Shown piece by piece: positions 9,779 to 19,174 of a stretch of DNA of 47,115 bases. Location of the stretch: positions 1 to 47,115 of the forward strand of contig JAGLZV010000097.1 in the NCBI GenBank assembly GCA_023131215.1. Reading direction: 5' to 3'. This DNA comes from Candidatus Methanophagales archaeon (lineage in GTDB: Archaea > Halobacteriota > Syntropharchaeia > Alkanophagales > Methanospirareceae). Position 1 is the first letter of the stretch; every line of letters starts with the position of its first letter. The notes beneath the pieces were generated by a model. It was given only the letters and a program-made list of their open reading frames with translations, did no database searches and had not been told where the DNA came from. A program made the translations under genes and the position numbers.

Positions 9779-9870
9779 TTAGGAATACAAAAACCCTACC
9801 CTAAAAAGATTCGGTTTTTTAAAAGAAACCTAAAAAAGTTAGGTTTTAAAGAAAAAGCCGATAATTTCGG
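9779..9870. promoter_or_regulatory. Array of putative metal-regulator operator palindromes upstream of feoA
   Basis: CCTAA-aaaga-TTCGG (9800), CCTAA-aaaag-TTAGG (9829), CCGAT-aat-TTCGG (9858), 29-bp period; extra TTAGG half-site at 9779. Confidence 0.55.
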
Positions 9871-9943
9871 TCATGTGTTTTTCATCTACTTCTTATCTGG
9901 CTATTGAAAGGATAAGAAGTATCTGCTCAAAATTAAGTGGAAT

Positions 9944-9985
9944 CGTAGGCTCTGCCCACGTCCTCGCAAACCCTGAAATGGTTTA
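9944..9985 (+). repeat. Degenerate copy of the ~43 bp double-hairpin (REP-like) element
   Basis: CGTAGG-ctctg-CCCACG tcctcgc AAACCC-tgaaa-TGGTTT, similar to 13266 and 37018. Confidence 0.6.
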
Positions 9986-10076
9986 ACAGACAGCGAAAAA
10001 TAAAAAGTGTTTTTGCAGTTTTCAATTTGCATTTTGCATTTAATTGCTCGAAATCCCCCCAGATTTTGAGCAATTA

Positions 10077-11843
10077 CTAATACTTCACCCTACCACCTTT
10101 AACATACTTGAACTCCTCTGGTCTCTTCTCTGTTTCTATCAATTCTCTTGTTCTGCCTACTATCTGCGTTTCGATATCCTCCGCCTCCTCCCTTACTGCA
10201 CTCTTCGCAATATGCAAATCATCTATTTTCATCATTCCCGTTGCCGCCTCGGTAGCCGAGATAAGCGCCTGTAACTTCACCCTTAACGGCTCCATTATTC
10301 CCTCTTCCATCACATCTTTCACACGCTTATCCACTCCTGATATACCCACATTTTTATTAGCTGCAAAATGCTCTGCCCTGAGCTTCGCAAGTGTATCAAT
10401 CTGGTCCATTCCACTGTTCTTCGCTATTGCCTTTGGTATAGACTCCAAAGCGTCAGCAAAAGCATCCATTGCCAGTTGCTCCTTGCCCGGTATCTTTCTC
10501 GCAAACTTTCTTAACTGATGGGCGCATTCGGTTTCCACCGCGCCTCCTCCCGGCACCACGCGATTGTCTTCAAACAGTTGTGCAACGGCATGTAAAGCGC
10601 TTTTTATCTCGCCCACCAGACCCTCTATAACCCTGAGTGACACTCCCCTTATGATTATCGTAGCTGATTTCTTATGCGAACACTGTTCAAAAAATACGTA
10701 TTTATCACCACTTATCTCTCGCTGCACTACTTTTCCCGCAAAGCCAAATTTGTCTTCGCTCAGGTCACTCACGGCTTTCACTATCTTTCCACCGGTAGAC
10801 CGCTCCAACCTCTTCAAATCTGTCAGCTTCACCCTTTTTATTAGCATTATCCCTGCTCTGCGGAACTTACCCAGTGCGTCGTCATCCACACCCCACCGAC
10901 AGCAAATCACGTTTGCACCCGATTTTATTACCGGGTCTATAACTTCATCGAAAATTCTTGCTCTTGTCTCCCTGAACTCCCTGAAATGAGATGGTTTTGA
11001 GATTTTTACATGAAAATCAAGAGCACCAAGCGTTTCCCCTGCCTTACTGTGTTCTCTTGCTGCTGTTCCGGTTGGCAGCTCCTTCCTTCCCTTCACCTTC
11101 GGCTCCTTGTGTTCTATCGGGAAATCAAGCAATGCTATCCTCGCATTCCCCATCTCCGTTGGTAGCGCATCCAGAACTTCTCGGTCCACAACAACGCCTT
11201 CAGCAAATCTCGTCTCATGTACTCTGCTCCCACTCTTCGTCTCTATTACTACATCATCCACATCTATTGGCTCGTTCTCAGCACTATCGCTTATCCGTTT
11301 TATGCTTTCTACTACCGCATCCGCCAATTTATCCTCTTCACAATAATCCTCTATCTTTAATGCGGTCTTCGCTACGAACCTCAAAAACTCATCGCCCCCT
11401 TCCCCTCTTACGTCCACCGCCGATGCCATTTCTTTTAAAACCTCTTTCGCGCGCTCAAGAGCCTTCTCATACCCGTTCACCACTATATTTTGATGTACTC
11501 CTTCGTTTTTCAACTCGAATCCTCTCTTCACCAGCTCGCCCGTCAGGATCATAACCGTAGCTATGCCATCTCCCACTTTCTCTCCCTGTGTTAACCCTGC
11601 GTTTATCAATATGTCCGCAGTGGGGTGCTGATATTTCAATTCCTTTATCAGGCTGTATGCATTACTGGATATGAGGTCAGCAGCTTCCACTTTCGTTGCT
11701 CCCTGCGTTATCAATATCTTAGACCCAAAAGGACCGATAACTGGCTTGAACATGTCAGAAAAAGCAGCGGAAACCTGCATATTCGCCTCCTGAATCTCCT
11801 CCGGCGGCACTTCCCCGGGTGGTAACTCCTCCTTTATTGTCAT
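10077..11843 (-). CDS. Group II chaperonin (thermosome) subunit, divergent
   Basis: GP.G, HPTA, GDG, VVPGGGAVE, FADALESIPK, EPLRVK...ATEAA...IDD match the Cpn60/TCP-1 layout. Confidence 0.9.
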   Translation of the reverse strand: MTIKEELPPGEVPPEEIQEANMQVSAAFSDMFKPVIGPFGSKILITQGATKVEAADLISSNAYSLIKELKYQHPTADILINAGLTQGEKVGDGIATVMILTGELVKRGFELKNEGVHQNIVVNGYEKALERAKEVLKEMASAVDVRGEGGDEFLRFVAKTALKIEDYCEEDKLADAVVESIKRISDSAENEPIDVDDVVIETKSGSRVHETRFAEGVVVDREVLDALPTEMGNARIALLDFPIEHKEPKVKGRKELPTGTAAREHSKAGETLGALDFHVKISKPSHFREFRETRARIFDEVIDPVIKSGANVICCRWGVDDDALGKFRRAGIMLIKRVKLTDLKRLERSTGGKIVKAVSDLSEDKFGFAGKVVQREISGDKYVFFEQCSHKKSATIIIRGVSLRVIEGLVGEIKSALHAVAQLFEDNRVVPGGGAVETECAHQLRKFARKIPGKEQLAMDAFADALESIPKAIAKNSGMDQIDTLAKLRAEHFAANKNVGISGVDKRVKDVMEEGIMEPLRVKLQALISATEAATGMMKIDDLHIAKSAVREEAEDIETQIVGRTRELIETEKRPEEFKYVKGGRVKY

Positions 11844-11979
11844 CTCTTCTTTTTCTCCCTCCCCTTCTCCTATATCCTCACTGTAATGTAAATGAAGTAA
11901 ATAATAGCATAAAACATTTTACAGTTAAACTTTCGATTTTTTCAAAGTCCGCACCACAGGATATTGAGTAATTACGTTT

Positions 11980-12170
11980 TCACGATGCCCCACCTTTGAA
12001 AAAAGACCACCTGCGGCAGTGCTCCCTTATTATGTCTGACCTGCTTAGTATTCCAACCAATTCTTTCTCTCCCTCTTCAGTTCCTCCCTTTACCACCGGC
12101 AACCTTCCTATATTGTAAGTGTCCATCTTATGCAGGACATCCTCAGCTCTTTTGTGCTAATTTCTTTCAT
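11980..12170 (-). pseudogene. CBS-domain gene fragment
   Basis: Minus strand reads MKEISTKEL, then after a frameshift AEDVLHKMDTYNIGRLPVV...LVGILSRSDII. Confidence 0.65.
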
Positions 12171-12253
12171 CACTGCTACTTTTATCCCTTATCCTTTTAA
12201 AATCGCTCTATTACTTTATGTTCCAACATTCTTTTTAATAATTATTTGCAAAG

Positions 12254-13171
12254 ATGAGATGTAGTAAAAGAAAATGCCTGAATCCTGCTATAATCTATCA
12301 GAAATACTCCGGGCTGCACTTATGTGAAGCCCATTTCATTGAGGATGTAGAGAGAAAAGCGAAAAAAGAGATAAGAAAGGAGTTGATGATAGAGCGCGGG
12401 GATAAGATTGCAGTGGCACTGAGCGGGGGGAAGGACAGCTCAGCTCTTTTATATATGTTAAAAAAGATATTTCATCCACGCAGCGATTTAGAATTCTTTG
12501 CGATTGCGGTAGATGAAGGAATAAAAGGATTTCGTTCGGTGACATTAAAAAATGCAGAAAATATTACAAAGGAGTTAGAAGTAGAACTTCATACTTTTTC
12601 CTTTGAAAAGGAGTTTGGATTTACGCTGGATGAAATCGCAGCGAAAGGATTCGAGCAGGCGCCTTGCACTTTTTGTGGCGTTCTGAGAAGGAAGGTAATA
12701 GAAACAAAAGCGAAGGAATTAGGCGCCACAAAGGTTGTAACTGCTCATAATCTGGACGACGAAGTTCAAACGATTTCGATCAATTATATACGAGGGGATA
12801 TAGAGCGGTTGAGTAGGCTGCGAGGGCGAAGAGAAGAGTTTGTTCCGAGGATTAAACCGCTGAGAGGAGTCCCGGAAAAGGAAGTTGCTTTGTATGCACT
12901 TGTAGCAGGAATACCGATAAGTACGGTTCAATGTCCTTATGCCAAGCTATCTTTCCGTTTCACGGTGAAAAAAATGCTGAATGAGTTTGAAATGAAACAC
13001 CCGGGGACAAAATACTCTTTGTTGCGGGGTTACGAAAGGCTGTCAGAATTTTTGCCGACAGCGCAACCAGGGAGAAAGCTTTTGCGGTGCGAGCGGTGTG
13101 GAGAGGCATCAGCATCAAGAATATGCAAGGCTTGCGAGATAGTTGAACGTATGAGAAGTAGAAAATCCTAA
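12254..13171 (+). CDS. ncsA: tRNA 2-thiolation protein, TtuA/NcsA (TIGR00269-like)
   Basis: PP-loop SGGKDS, CTFCGVLRR, AHNLDDE, N- and C-terminal zinc fingers. Confidence 0.9.
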   Translation: MRCSKRKCLNPAIIYQKYSGLHLCEAHFIEDVERKAKKEIRKELMIERGDKIAVALSGGKDSSALLYMLKKIFHPRSDLEFFAIAVDEGIKGFRSVTLKNAENITKELEVELHTFSFEKEFGFTLDEIAAKGFEQAPCTFCGVLRRKVIETKAKELGATKVVTAHNLDDEVQTISINYIRGDIERLSRLRGRREEFVPRIKPLRGVPEKEVALYALVAGIPISTVQCPYAKLSFRFTVKKMLNEFEMKHPGTKYSLLRGYERLSEFLPTAQPGRKLLRCERCGEASASRICKACEIVERMRSRKS

Positions 13172-13333
13172 ATCCCAACCTCTAAACCCTAAACAATTTC
13201 AAAATTCAAATCCAAAAAGAAAGATTTGTTTTGAATTTTGAGTTTAGATATTGGAGTTTGTTTAGACCGGGGCTCTGCCCCGGTAACCCCGCAAGCCCAG
13301 TAGGGGCTTATTTAGAGTTTAGTGCTTAGAATT
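13163..13333. repeat. Long imperfect inverted repeat built from 7-mer units between convergent genes
   Basis: AAATCCT/AAACCCT/AAATTCA-type units mirrored by TTTTGAG/TTTAGAG/TTTAGTG units; same family as 34519-34662. Confidence 0.75.
13266..13310 (+). repeat. ~43 bp double-hairpin (REP-like) element nested in the heptamer repeat
   Basis: ACCGGGG-ctctg-CCCCGGT aaccccgc AAGCCC-agtag-GGGCTT. Confidence 0.8.
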
Positions 13334-13351
13334 TATACCACCGGATATCGA

Positions 13352-14389
13352 TCAATTACCCTGTGAGGGAAGGTTTGTAAATGGCGGAACTCTCGATTCC
13401 TTTACCTTTGTTCCCTCTTTTATCTCACAGTATGCACCAATGATAGAATCCGTTACCTCCGCTTTTTTTATCACCGTGTTCTCACCAACCACGCTTTTAT
13501 TTAGCATGGTTTCACTCAAATTCGCATGAGAGAATACCACGGAATCGTACATTTTGCTTTTCGTTATCTCAGCATGGTTGCCGATAACAGCAGGACCTCG
13601 TATCAAGGACTTCTTCACCACTGCGTATTCGCCAATAGCGACATTTCCTTGAATCTCGTTATCTTCTATCTCTGCTGTGGAGGCGCATTCGAATCCTTTT
13701 TTCTCTAATATCCACCTGCTTGCTTCCATGTAGCCCTCCAGATTACCGACATCAGTCCAGAATCCATCAACCACGCACCCGTAAACCTCCTTTTTCGCTA
13801 CGAGTATGGGAAACAAGTCCCTGGAGAAATCAAATTCGCTGCCTTCAGGAACGTATTCCATTACCTCGGGTTCTATAATATACAATCCAGCATTCGCAAG
13901 ATTTGAGAAACATTCACTCGGAGAAGGCTTCTCTTTAAAATTCCGTATCCTTCCATCTGCTTCTGTCTCTGCTATTCCATATAAAGATGGATTCGGCACG
14001 GGCAGGAGAGCAATGGTCACAAGCTTTCCATGCGTTTCGTGGAACTCCATCACCTTTCTTATGTCTATGTCAGTGATGTTGTCGCCTTGTATTATGAACG
14101 ATGTTTCTCCTATCGCTGCGTTTTTTACCGACCCGGCAGTTCCTAAAGGCGAGGGTTCCTCAGGATACGAAAGTTTTAAATCTTTCCTTTTGCTGAGATA
14201 ATTTATCGTTTGCTCTTGGAGGTAGTTTGTGGTGATAACGATGTCTTTTAAGCCGTAACCAGCCAGATAGTCCACTATGTATTCTATTACGGGTTTATTC
14301 ACCAGAGGAATCATAGCCTTCGGCGTGGTAAACGTAAGCGGTCTGAGTCTTGTTCCATATCCACCCGCAAGGATTACTGCTTTTTTCAT
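13352..14389 (-). CDS. NDP-sugar synthase (sugar-1-phosphate nucleotidyltransferase)
   Basis: AVILAGGYGTRLRPLT..PK, LGTAGSV, FWTDVG, C-terminal left-handed beta-helix. Confidence 0.9.
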   Translation of the reverse strand: MKKAVILAGGYGTRLRPLTFTTPKAMIPLVNKPVIEYIVDYLAGYGLKDIVITTNYLQEQTINYLSKRKDLKLSYPEEPSPLGTAGSVKNAAIGETSFIIQGDNITDIDIRKVMEFHETHGKLVTIALLPVPNPSLYGIAETEADGRIRNFKEKPSPSECFSNLANAGLYIIEPEVMEYVPEGSEFDFSRDLFPILVAKKEVYGCVVDGFWTDVGNLEGYMEASRWILEKKGFECASTAEIEDNEIQGNVAIGEYAVVKKSLIRGPAVIGNHAEITKSKMYDSVVFSHANLSETMLNKSVVGENTVIKKAEVTDSIIGAYCEIKEGTKVKESRVPPFTNLPSQGN

Positions 14390-14390
14390 A

Positions 14391-14565
14391 CAAACTTTCT
14401 TTCAAAAGAAAGTTTGATCAAAGAAACATATATTTTTTAGTAAAGCTTTATATTTTTAGTAAAGGTTTTTGCGGAGAAACCTTTCTTTGAAAAAGAAAGC
14501 TTTACCAAAGAAAAGTTTTTTCTTTTAGCACAGGTTTTCTTTTTTGAAAAAAAAAGAAAAAGTGT
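14391..14565. repeat. AT-rich palindromic intergenic repeat cluster
   Basis: CAAACTTTCTTTcAAAAGAAAGTTTG-ATCAAAG, AAAGCTTTACCAAAG and TTAGCACAGGTT units recur at 36172-36318, 39423-39438 and 45588-45626. Confidence 0.75.
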
Positions 14566-14566
14566 T

Positions 14567-14848
14567 ATGATAAGAAAAGAGGAGATAGAGCATATAGGGT
14601 GGCTGGCGAGGATAGAGTTAAGAGAGGATGAGAAGGAATTATTTGAGAAGCAATTGAGCTCGATATTAGATTATTTCGCCGTACTGGATGAATTAGATAC
14701 TGAAGATGTAGAACCTACATATCACGTAATCGGCATAACGGATGTGGTAAGGGAAGACGAACCGAAGGAGGCGTTAAGCCAGTCAGAAGTGCTGCGGAAT
14801 GCGCCTAAGAAAGAGAAAGGGTATATCAAAAGTCCGAGGATGTTATGA
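14567..14848 (+). CDS. gatC: Asp-tRNA(Asn)/Glu-tRNA(Gln) amidotransferase subunit C
   Basis: HIGWLARIEL...LDTEDVEPT...REDEP...NAP...PR. Confidence 0.95.
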   Translation: MIRKEEIEHIGWLARIELREDEKELFEKQLSSILDYFAVLDELDTEDVEPTYHVIGITDVVREDEPKEALSQSEVLRNAPKKEKGYIKSPRML

Positions 14849-15131
14849 GATAGGGTAAAAAACCGCGAGATTTCACAAGAAAATGAAGCCGGGATTCTAT
14901 GATGCAGGATACATGATACAGGTTTGACTTGTATCTTGATCTTGTATCTTCAATTATTTTCTCATGGAAATCTGTGTAATCTGTGATGATTGACAATCCA
15001 CAAGAATTCTATCACGAACTTTTGAAGATTTTATCGGGTGAGCGTAAGCGAAGGCAAGGATTTGCGTAGCAAATCCGCAGAGTCCTGGTGAAAGGAAAAG
15101 GTTTTCATGATTGAGATTTAGTGTTTTTGCC

Positions 15132-16562
15132 TCATCGTATTTCTTCTTCCTTATTAATTATTGTCTCCCAGATTATCTCATCAATTTCCGTTCTTAATTT
15201 TTCAATTTGATTTCTCAGTTCGTTATTTTTATCCTCTTGTGTCTTAATTTCTTTAGTTATCTTATCCTGAACATCTAAATCTGGGCAGGGGACTTTAATG
15301 TTCAATAGATCCAATGGATGGATTCTAGGATGCCTTTTCCCATACATTAACAAAGAAGATTTTGCTAAATATTCATGGCTTAAGAGAAGATATTTTACAT
15401 ATTCAGTGATAGCACGGCCTTTGTTCACTTTGAAAGGTAATAGCTCAGTAGTCCCAATATAATTCTTCTCTGAGTCATTAAGTACTGTATAACCCAAATA
15501 GGGATCTATCTTAGATGTTATTAAATCGCAATCTTCAAAACAAACTTTATCTGAACCAATTTCATTTACAACTTTATCTTCATTAATTATCCTACCGGTT
15601 CCCGCCTCGATGTCTTCCAATTCAATCAGGATGTATTCATCCTCCAAGATTCCCTTCTTCAAAGTTTTAGTATTCATTAGTTTCATAAGGTCGGATAGTC
15701 TCATTATGGGAATGTCCCTATTTGTTTCTTCATATAATAATCCATCGTGAATATCCCAAAATGCGCGGTATTGAGCACCACACCTGAGAAAGATTTGATT
15801 CTTTATATTAGAAAATAACGACGATAAAACTTCAAAAAATGACTCTTGGTACTTCTTTTTAATATTATTATCTATCAATACACCATCGACTATATTCTGA
15901 AGAGGTTTTAATTGCTTTTCATAATTTTTTATTTCTTTTTCCAATGGAAGTATCTTTTCGATTATTTGATTCTGTTTTGATATATCTATATCAGGAAACG
16001 GAAGTTTTCTAATGTATTCCTTAGATAAGTTTTTTTGGGTTTTACCCGTCTCTGTAGCTCTGAAATAATTTTTTATCATAGCCGTGTTCAAATAGTATAC
16101 TAAAAAATAGGGATTGACCAAATATTTATCAACTTTTATTTTAACCAGATAATGGGATAGAGTGAATTGAATGTCTTCAAAATCAGCTTCGTAAATAAAG
16201 CATTCTCCTACGCTTGAAGATATTGCCAAAATAATATCCTCTTTTTCTATTGAATAATCACTTAATTCTTTTCCCTTTTTCTCTATCAAATATATTGGAT
16301 CTATCAACTTTAATTTGTTTTTATCAATATTCCTTACTACTAGATGTATATAGCGTGTTTCTTCGTCTGCATAATCTGTTTTCTCAATAGGTTGACCTGT
16401 CTCTAATTCAATAATAAATTCCCTCAAATTTTTTATCGTATCAGGTGTTTTACCTATCTCACTTTGTAGTTTATCCATTAGCCAATAATAATCAACATCC
16501 GCCCTAAGAAAAGGGTCCTGAGATAATTGACTTAAATTTTTACTTTGATAAATCAGTTCCAT
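15132..16562 (-). CDS. hsdS: Restriction-modification specificity (HsdS-like) subunit
   Basis: Two TRD-like halves each ending in P...Q..I plus coiled coil (PFPDIDISKQNQII; VPCPDLDVQDKI); 10-nt overlap with the methylase. Confidence 0.85.
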   Translation of the reverse strand: MELIYQSKNLSQLSQDPFLRADVDYYWLMDKLQSEIGKTPDTIKNLREFIIELETGQPIEKTDYADEETRYIHLVVRNIDKNKLKLIDPIYLIEKKGKELSDYSIEKEDIILAISSSVGECFIYEADFEDIQFTLSHYLVKIKVDKYLVNPYFLVYYLNTAMIKNYFRATETGKTQKNLSKEYIRKLPFPDIDISKQNQIIEKILPLEKEIKNYEKQLKPLQNIVDGVLIDNNIKKKYQESFFEVLSSLFSNIKNQIFLRCGAQYRAFWDIHDGLLYEETNRDIPIMRLSDLMKLMNTKTLKKGILEDEYILIELEDIEAGTGRIINEDKVVNEIGSDKVCFEDCDLITSKIDPYLGYTVLNDSEKNYIGTTELLPFKVNKGRAITEYVKYLLLSHEYLAKSSLLMYGKRHPRIHPLDLLNIKVPCPDLDVQDKITKEIKTQEDKNNELRNQIEKLRTEIDEIIWETIINKEEEIR

Positions 16563-19165
16563 ATAACATCTCTCCGTAAATAATCCAAAATGGCTTTTGG
16601 ATTCTCAGTATCGATTATAATCTCCTTTCCTTCATCCGTTTCTTTGATTTGAAATAATTGATTCGGACGTTTTTCTTCTTTTCTAGCACCTCTCTTATAC
16701 CCTATCTCCTCTGCATGTGCCATAAAAATAGGATAGTCGATCTCTTTGGATATTTGACTGAATACCCACCAATCTAAATTTGCTAATTTAATATCATCTT
16801 CATATTTTTTCTTTAATTTATTTAATGAGAGCTTCCTATCATTTTCGTCATAATTATCTTGAACTAATTTCTTCAATTTTTCAATAGATTCTTCTTTCTT
16901 TGAAATTTGATTAATTCTCTCATTTATTAAGTCAACTAATGTCTTCTTTCTCTTCATCATGCCCTTAAAATCCGTCTTATCAAAATTATCTATTAACTCT
17001 CCTAAATATTCTTCTAAAAATTCAAAATAGTTATTCTCGAATTTATCAACAGCCTCAATGTTTTCAAGTCCTTCATCAAATTTATTATATTCTGCCTCAA
17101 ATTCATTTTTATCAAATAGAATTTGAGCGGTTCCTAAGTAGTCCGAAACCCATGTCATTGTTTTATCCTTCAAATTATTTGAAAGTAGGAGTATCCTTAT
17201 CTCTTCCATCAAGTCTTTATATTCTTCAGAGTATTTTTTCCACATCTCATTCCATTCTCTTACTTCATCTTCTGTTTTTTTCTGTGCAAACAAAAGACTC
17301 GTTTTTGTCATCGTATACGGTGCAAATGCTAAATGTGGCATTGATACAACCGCTTTAATCCAGAAATATTTGTAGAGAAACAATCTAATATCTCTGTTTG
17401 ATGTTGTATCAAACACACTTTCGGGTAAAACCACACCTAATCTGCCCTTAGGTTTTAAAAGTTGATACCATCTTTCGATAAACAAATTTTCGATATCTAT
17501 CTCCTTTTCACCTTTTTCTCTTTTTAGTGATTTTGCTATTTTCTCACCCTGAAGGAAACATCCCGGGAACGACTTTGCAGTATCACGGTCAACAGTAATC
17601 CTAAAGGGCGGATTAGACATTACTACATCAAATTGTTCATTCACAGGTTTTTCATAAATCTCATTTTGCTTCTTAATTTGTAATTGAGCTTTTGTATATT
17701 TTTCAAAATCTAGCAAAGCATCTAGTGCTTCAATATTTGCCGAACCATCGCCATGACCAACCATATTTACTTTAGTGGCTGTTGCTAAATCCCTCATTAT
17801 TTCAATTCCATAAACATACTCACGAGCCCAAAAGTTTTGTCTATATTCTGGGAAATTATATCTAATAAATTCCTTGACGGCGTCTGATTTTTTTATTTCA
17901 CCCCCATGAGATAGAATAAATTTTGTTATATACTTCATAGACTCGATTAAAAATGTACCTGAACCGCATGCCGGATCCATAATGAGTGGTAATCGTGTTT
18001 CCGTATTAATCAAATTTAAGGATAGATCCTCAAGATCCAAAGCCCGAATAATAAAATCCACAATATTTGTGTGAGTTAAGTACTGCCCCTTCGTTTGTTT
18101 AAATTCTCCTCTCACTATTCCTTCAAAAAAGTTACCAATAACATCATATCTATTTGTAGTGAAACAAATATCTTGCAAAGTCTCAACTACATATCTTACT
18201 TTAGGGGAGTCAAAAACAATATCCGGTATTTTGCTCAACTCACTTTTGGAAATTCCTAAGTAATTTGAGTCTGTTAAAGGGCCGTCCTCCTTACCGTAAT
18301 ATTTCCGCAGAACAGCTTTGTCCCCCTTATATATTCCATTTATCCTTTCATAAATCCGATCCGAACTTTCCGGTTCCCCATCTTCATTAAAGACTTGGAA
18401 TGCATATGGTTCCCCATCTTCAGTCTCCTTTTCGTCATATATTTTAACTAGAAATAATCCCACTAAATTAAAAAACAGTTCATTTTGATATTTTCCTCCA
18501 CCCCATAATATTTGATGTAAGGCAAGTCTAATTCTTTCTAACTCATCTTTTTTAACGTTTATTCTTAAGTCCGGTGTCCCTTTTTTTACAAATACTGGTT
18601 TTCTTACAATCCCATATTCTTTAGGGATCAACATTAAATTAGGTTTGCCATCATCTTCCCAATCATCATAACTTTTAAATTTAGTATAATCTATAGTAAT
18701 GATCTTTTCCCTTAATTCCCCCTCTTCTTCGTATCTTGTGTAATATATCAAATACTTTAGATTTTTGCCCCCTTTATCTTCAACTGCCGCTACATTGAAT
18801 AACTGTGTTTTAATAGAATCATCCATATCCCGTTCATAATCATCCGGGGATTTTAATTCAAACATCATAAATGGTTTCTTATTCTTTTTCACTATTATGT
18901 CTATTATCGCATCTGTTTTTTTATGAGGATGACCTATTTTATGTCGCTTTTCCATTTCAATTACATCCTTTGAAGCTTGATAATTGAATTTATCAATAAG
19001 TTCTAGATACAAAGCCGCCCTTACTTTTTCCTCAGGGTCTGAAAAATCATCAGTATAACCGATCGCATTATATGTTATCCTTCCGCCCCTTATTGTAACA
19101 TGCCCCTTAGTTTGTCCTTCTCTAATCCATCCCTTTTGTGTTATTTCATATGAAATATCGCTCAT
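16553..19165 (-). CDS. Fused HsdR_N endonuclease + N6-adenine methyltransferase (type IIB/IIG-like R-M subunit)
   Basis: PEEKVR...IDIIV...FELK nuclease motif; GQYLT, DPACGSGTFL, MSNPPF, LFIER...LKPKGRLGVVLP. Confidence 0.9.
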   Translation of the reverse strand: MSDISYEITQKGWIREGQTKGHVTIRGGRITYNAIGYTDDFSDPEEKVRAALYLELIDKFNYQASKDVIEMEKRHKIGHPHKKTDAIIDIIVKKNKKPFMMFELKSPDDYERDMDDSIKTQLFNVAAVEDKGGKNLKYLIYYTRYEEEGELREKIITIDYTKFKSYDDWEDDGKPNLMLIPKEYGIVRKPVFVKKGTPDLRINVKKDELERIRLALHQILWGGGKYQNELFFNLVGLFLVKIYDEKETEDGEPYAFQVFNEDGEPESSDRIYERINGIYKGDKAVLRKYYGKEDGPLTDSNYLGISKSELSKIPDIVFDSPKVRYVVETLQDICFTTNRYDVIGNFFEGIVRGEFKQTKGQYLTHTNIVDFIIRALDLEDLSLNLINTETRLPLIMDPACGSGTFLIESMKYITKFILSHGGEIKKSDAVKEFIRYNFPEYRQNFWAREYVYGIEIMRDLATATKVNMVGHGDGSANIEALDALLDFEKYTKAQLQIKKQNEIYEKPVNEQFDVVMSNPPFRITVDRDTAKSFPGCFLQGEKIAKSLKREKGEKEIDIENLFIERWYQLLKPKGRLGVVLPESVFDTTSNRDIRLFLYKYFWIKAVVSMPHLAFAPYTMTKTSLLFAQKKTEDEVREWNEMWKKYSEEYKDLMEEIRILLLSNNLKDKTMTWVSDYLGTAQILFDKNEFEAEYNKFDEGLENIEAVDKFENNYFEFLEEYLGELIDNFDKTDFKGMMKRKKTLVDLINERINQISKKEESIEKLKKLVQDNYDENDRKLSLNKLKKKYEDDIKLANLDWWVFSQISKEIDYPIFMAHAEEIGYKRGARKEEKRPNQLFQIKETDEGKEIIIDTENPKAILDYLRRDVIWN

Positions 19166-19174
19166 ATCATCACC

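Noticed and set aside
10044..11825. Multiple plus-strand ORFs over the thermosome gene, and similar shadow ORFs over feoB, cca, purC, GH38 and the MCP
   Set aside because: Antisense or alternate-frame shadows of well-supported genes, Ser/Phe-rich with no motifs
13163..14565. Repeat clusters as a possible CRISPR array
   Set aside because: No constant 24-40 bp repeats with unique spacers and no cas genes in the window
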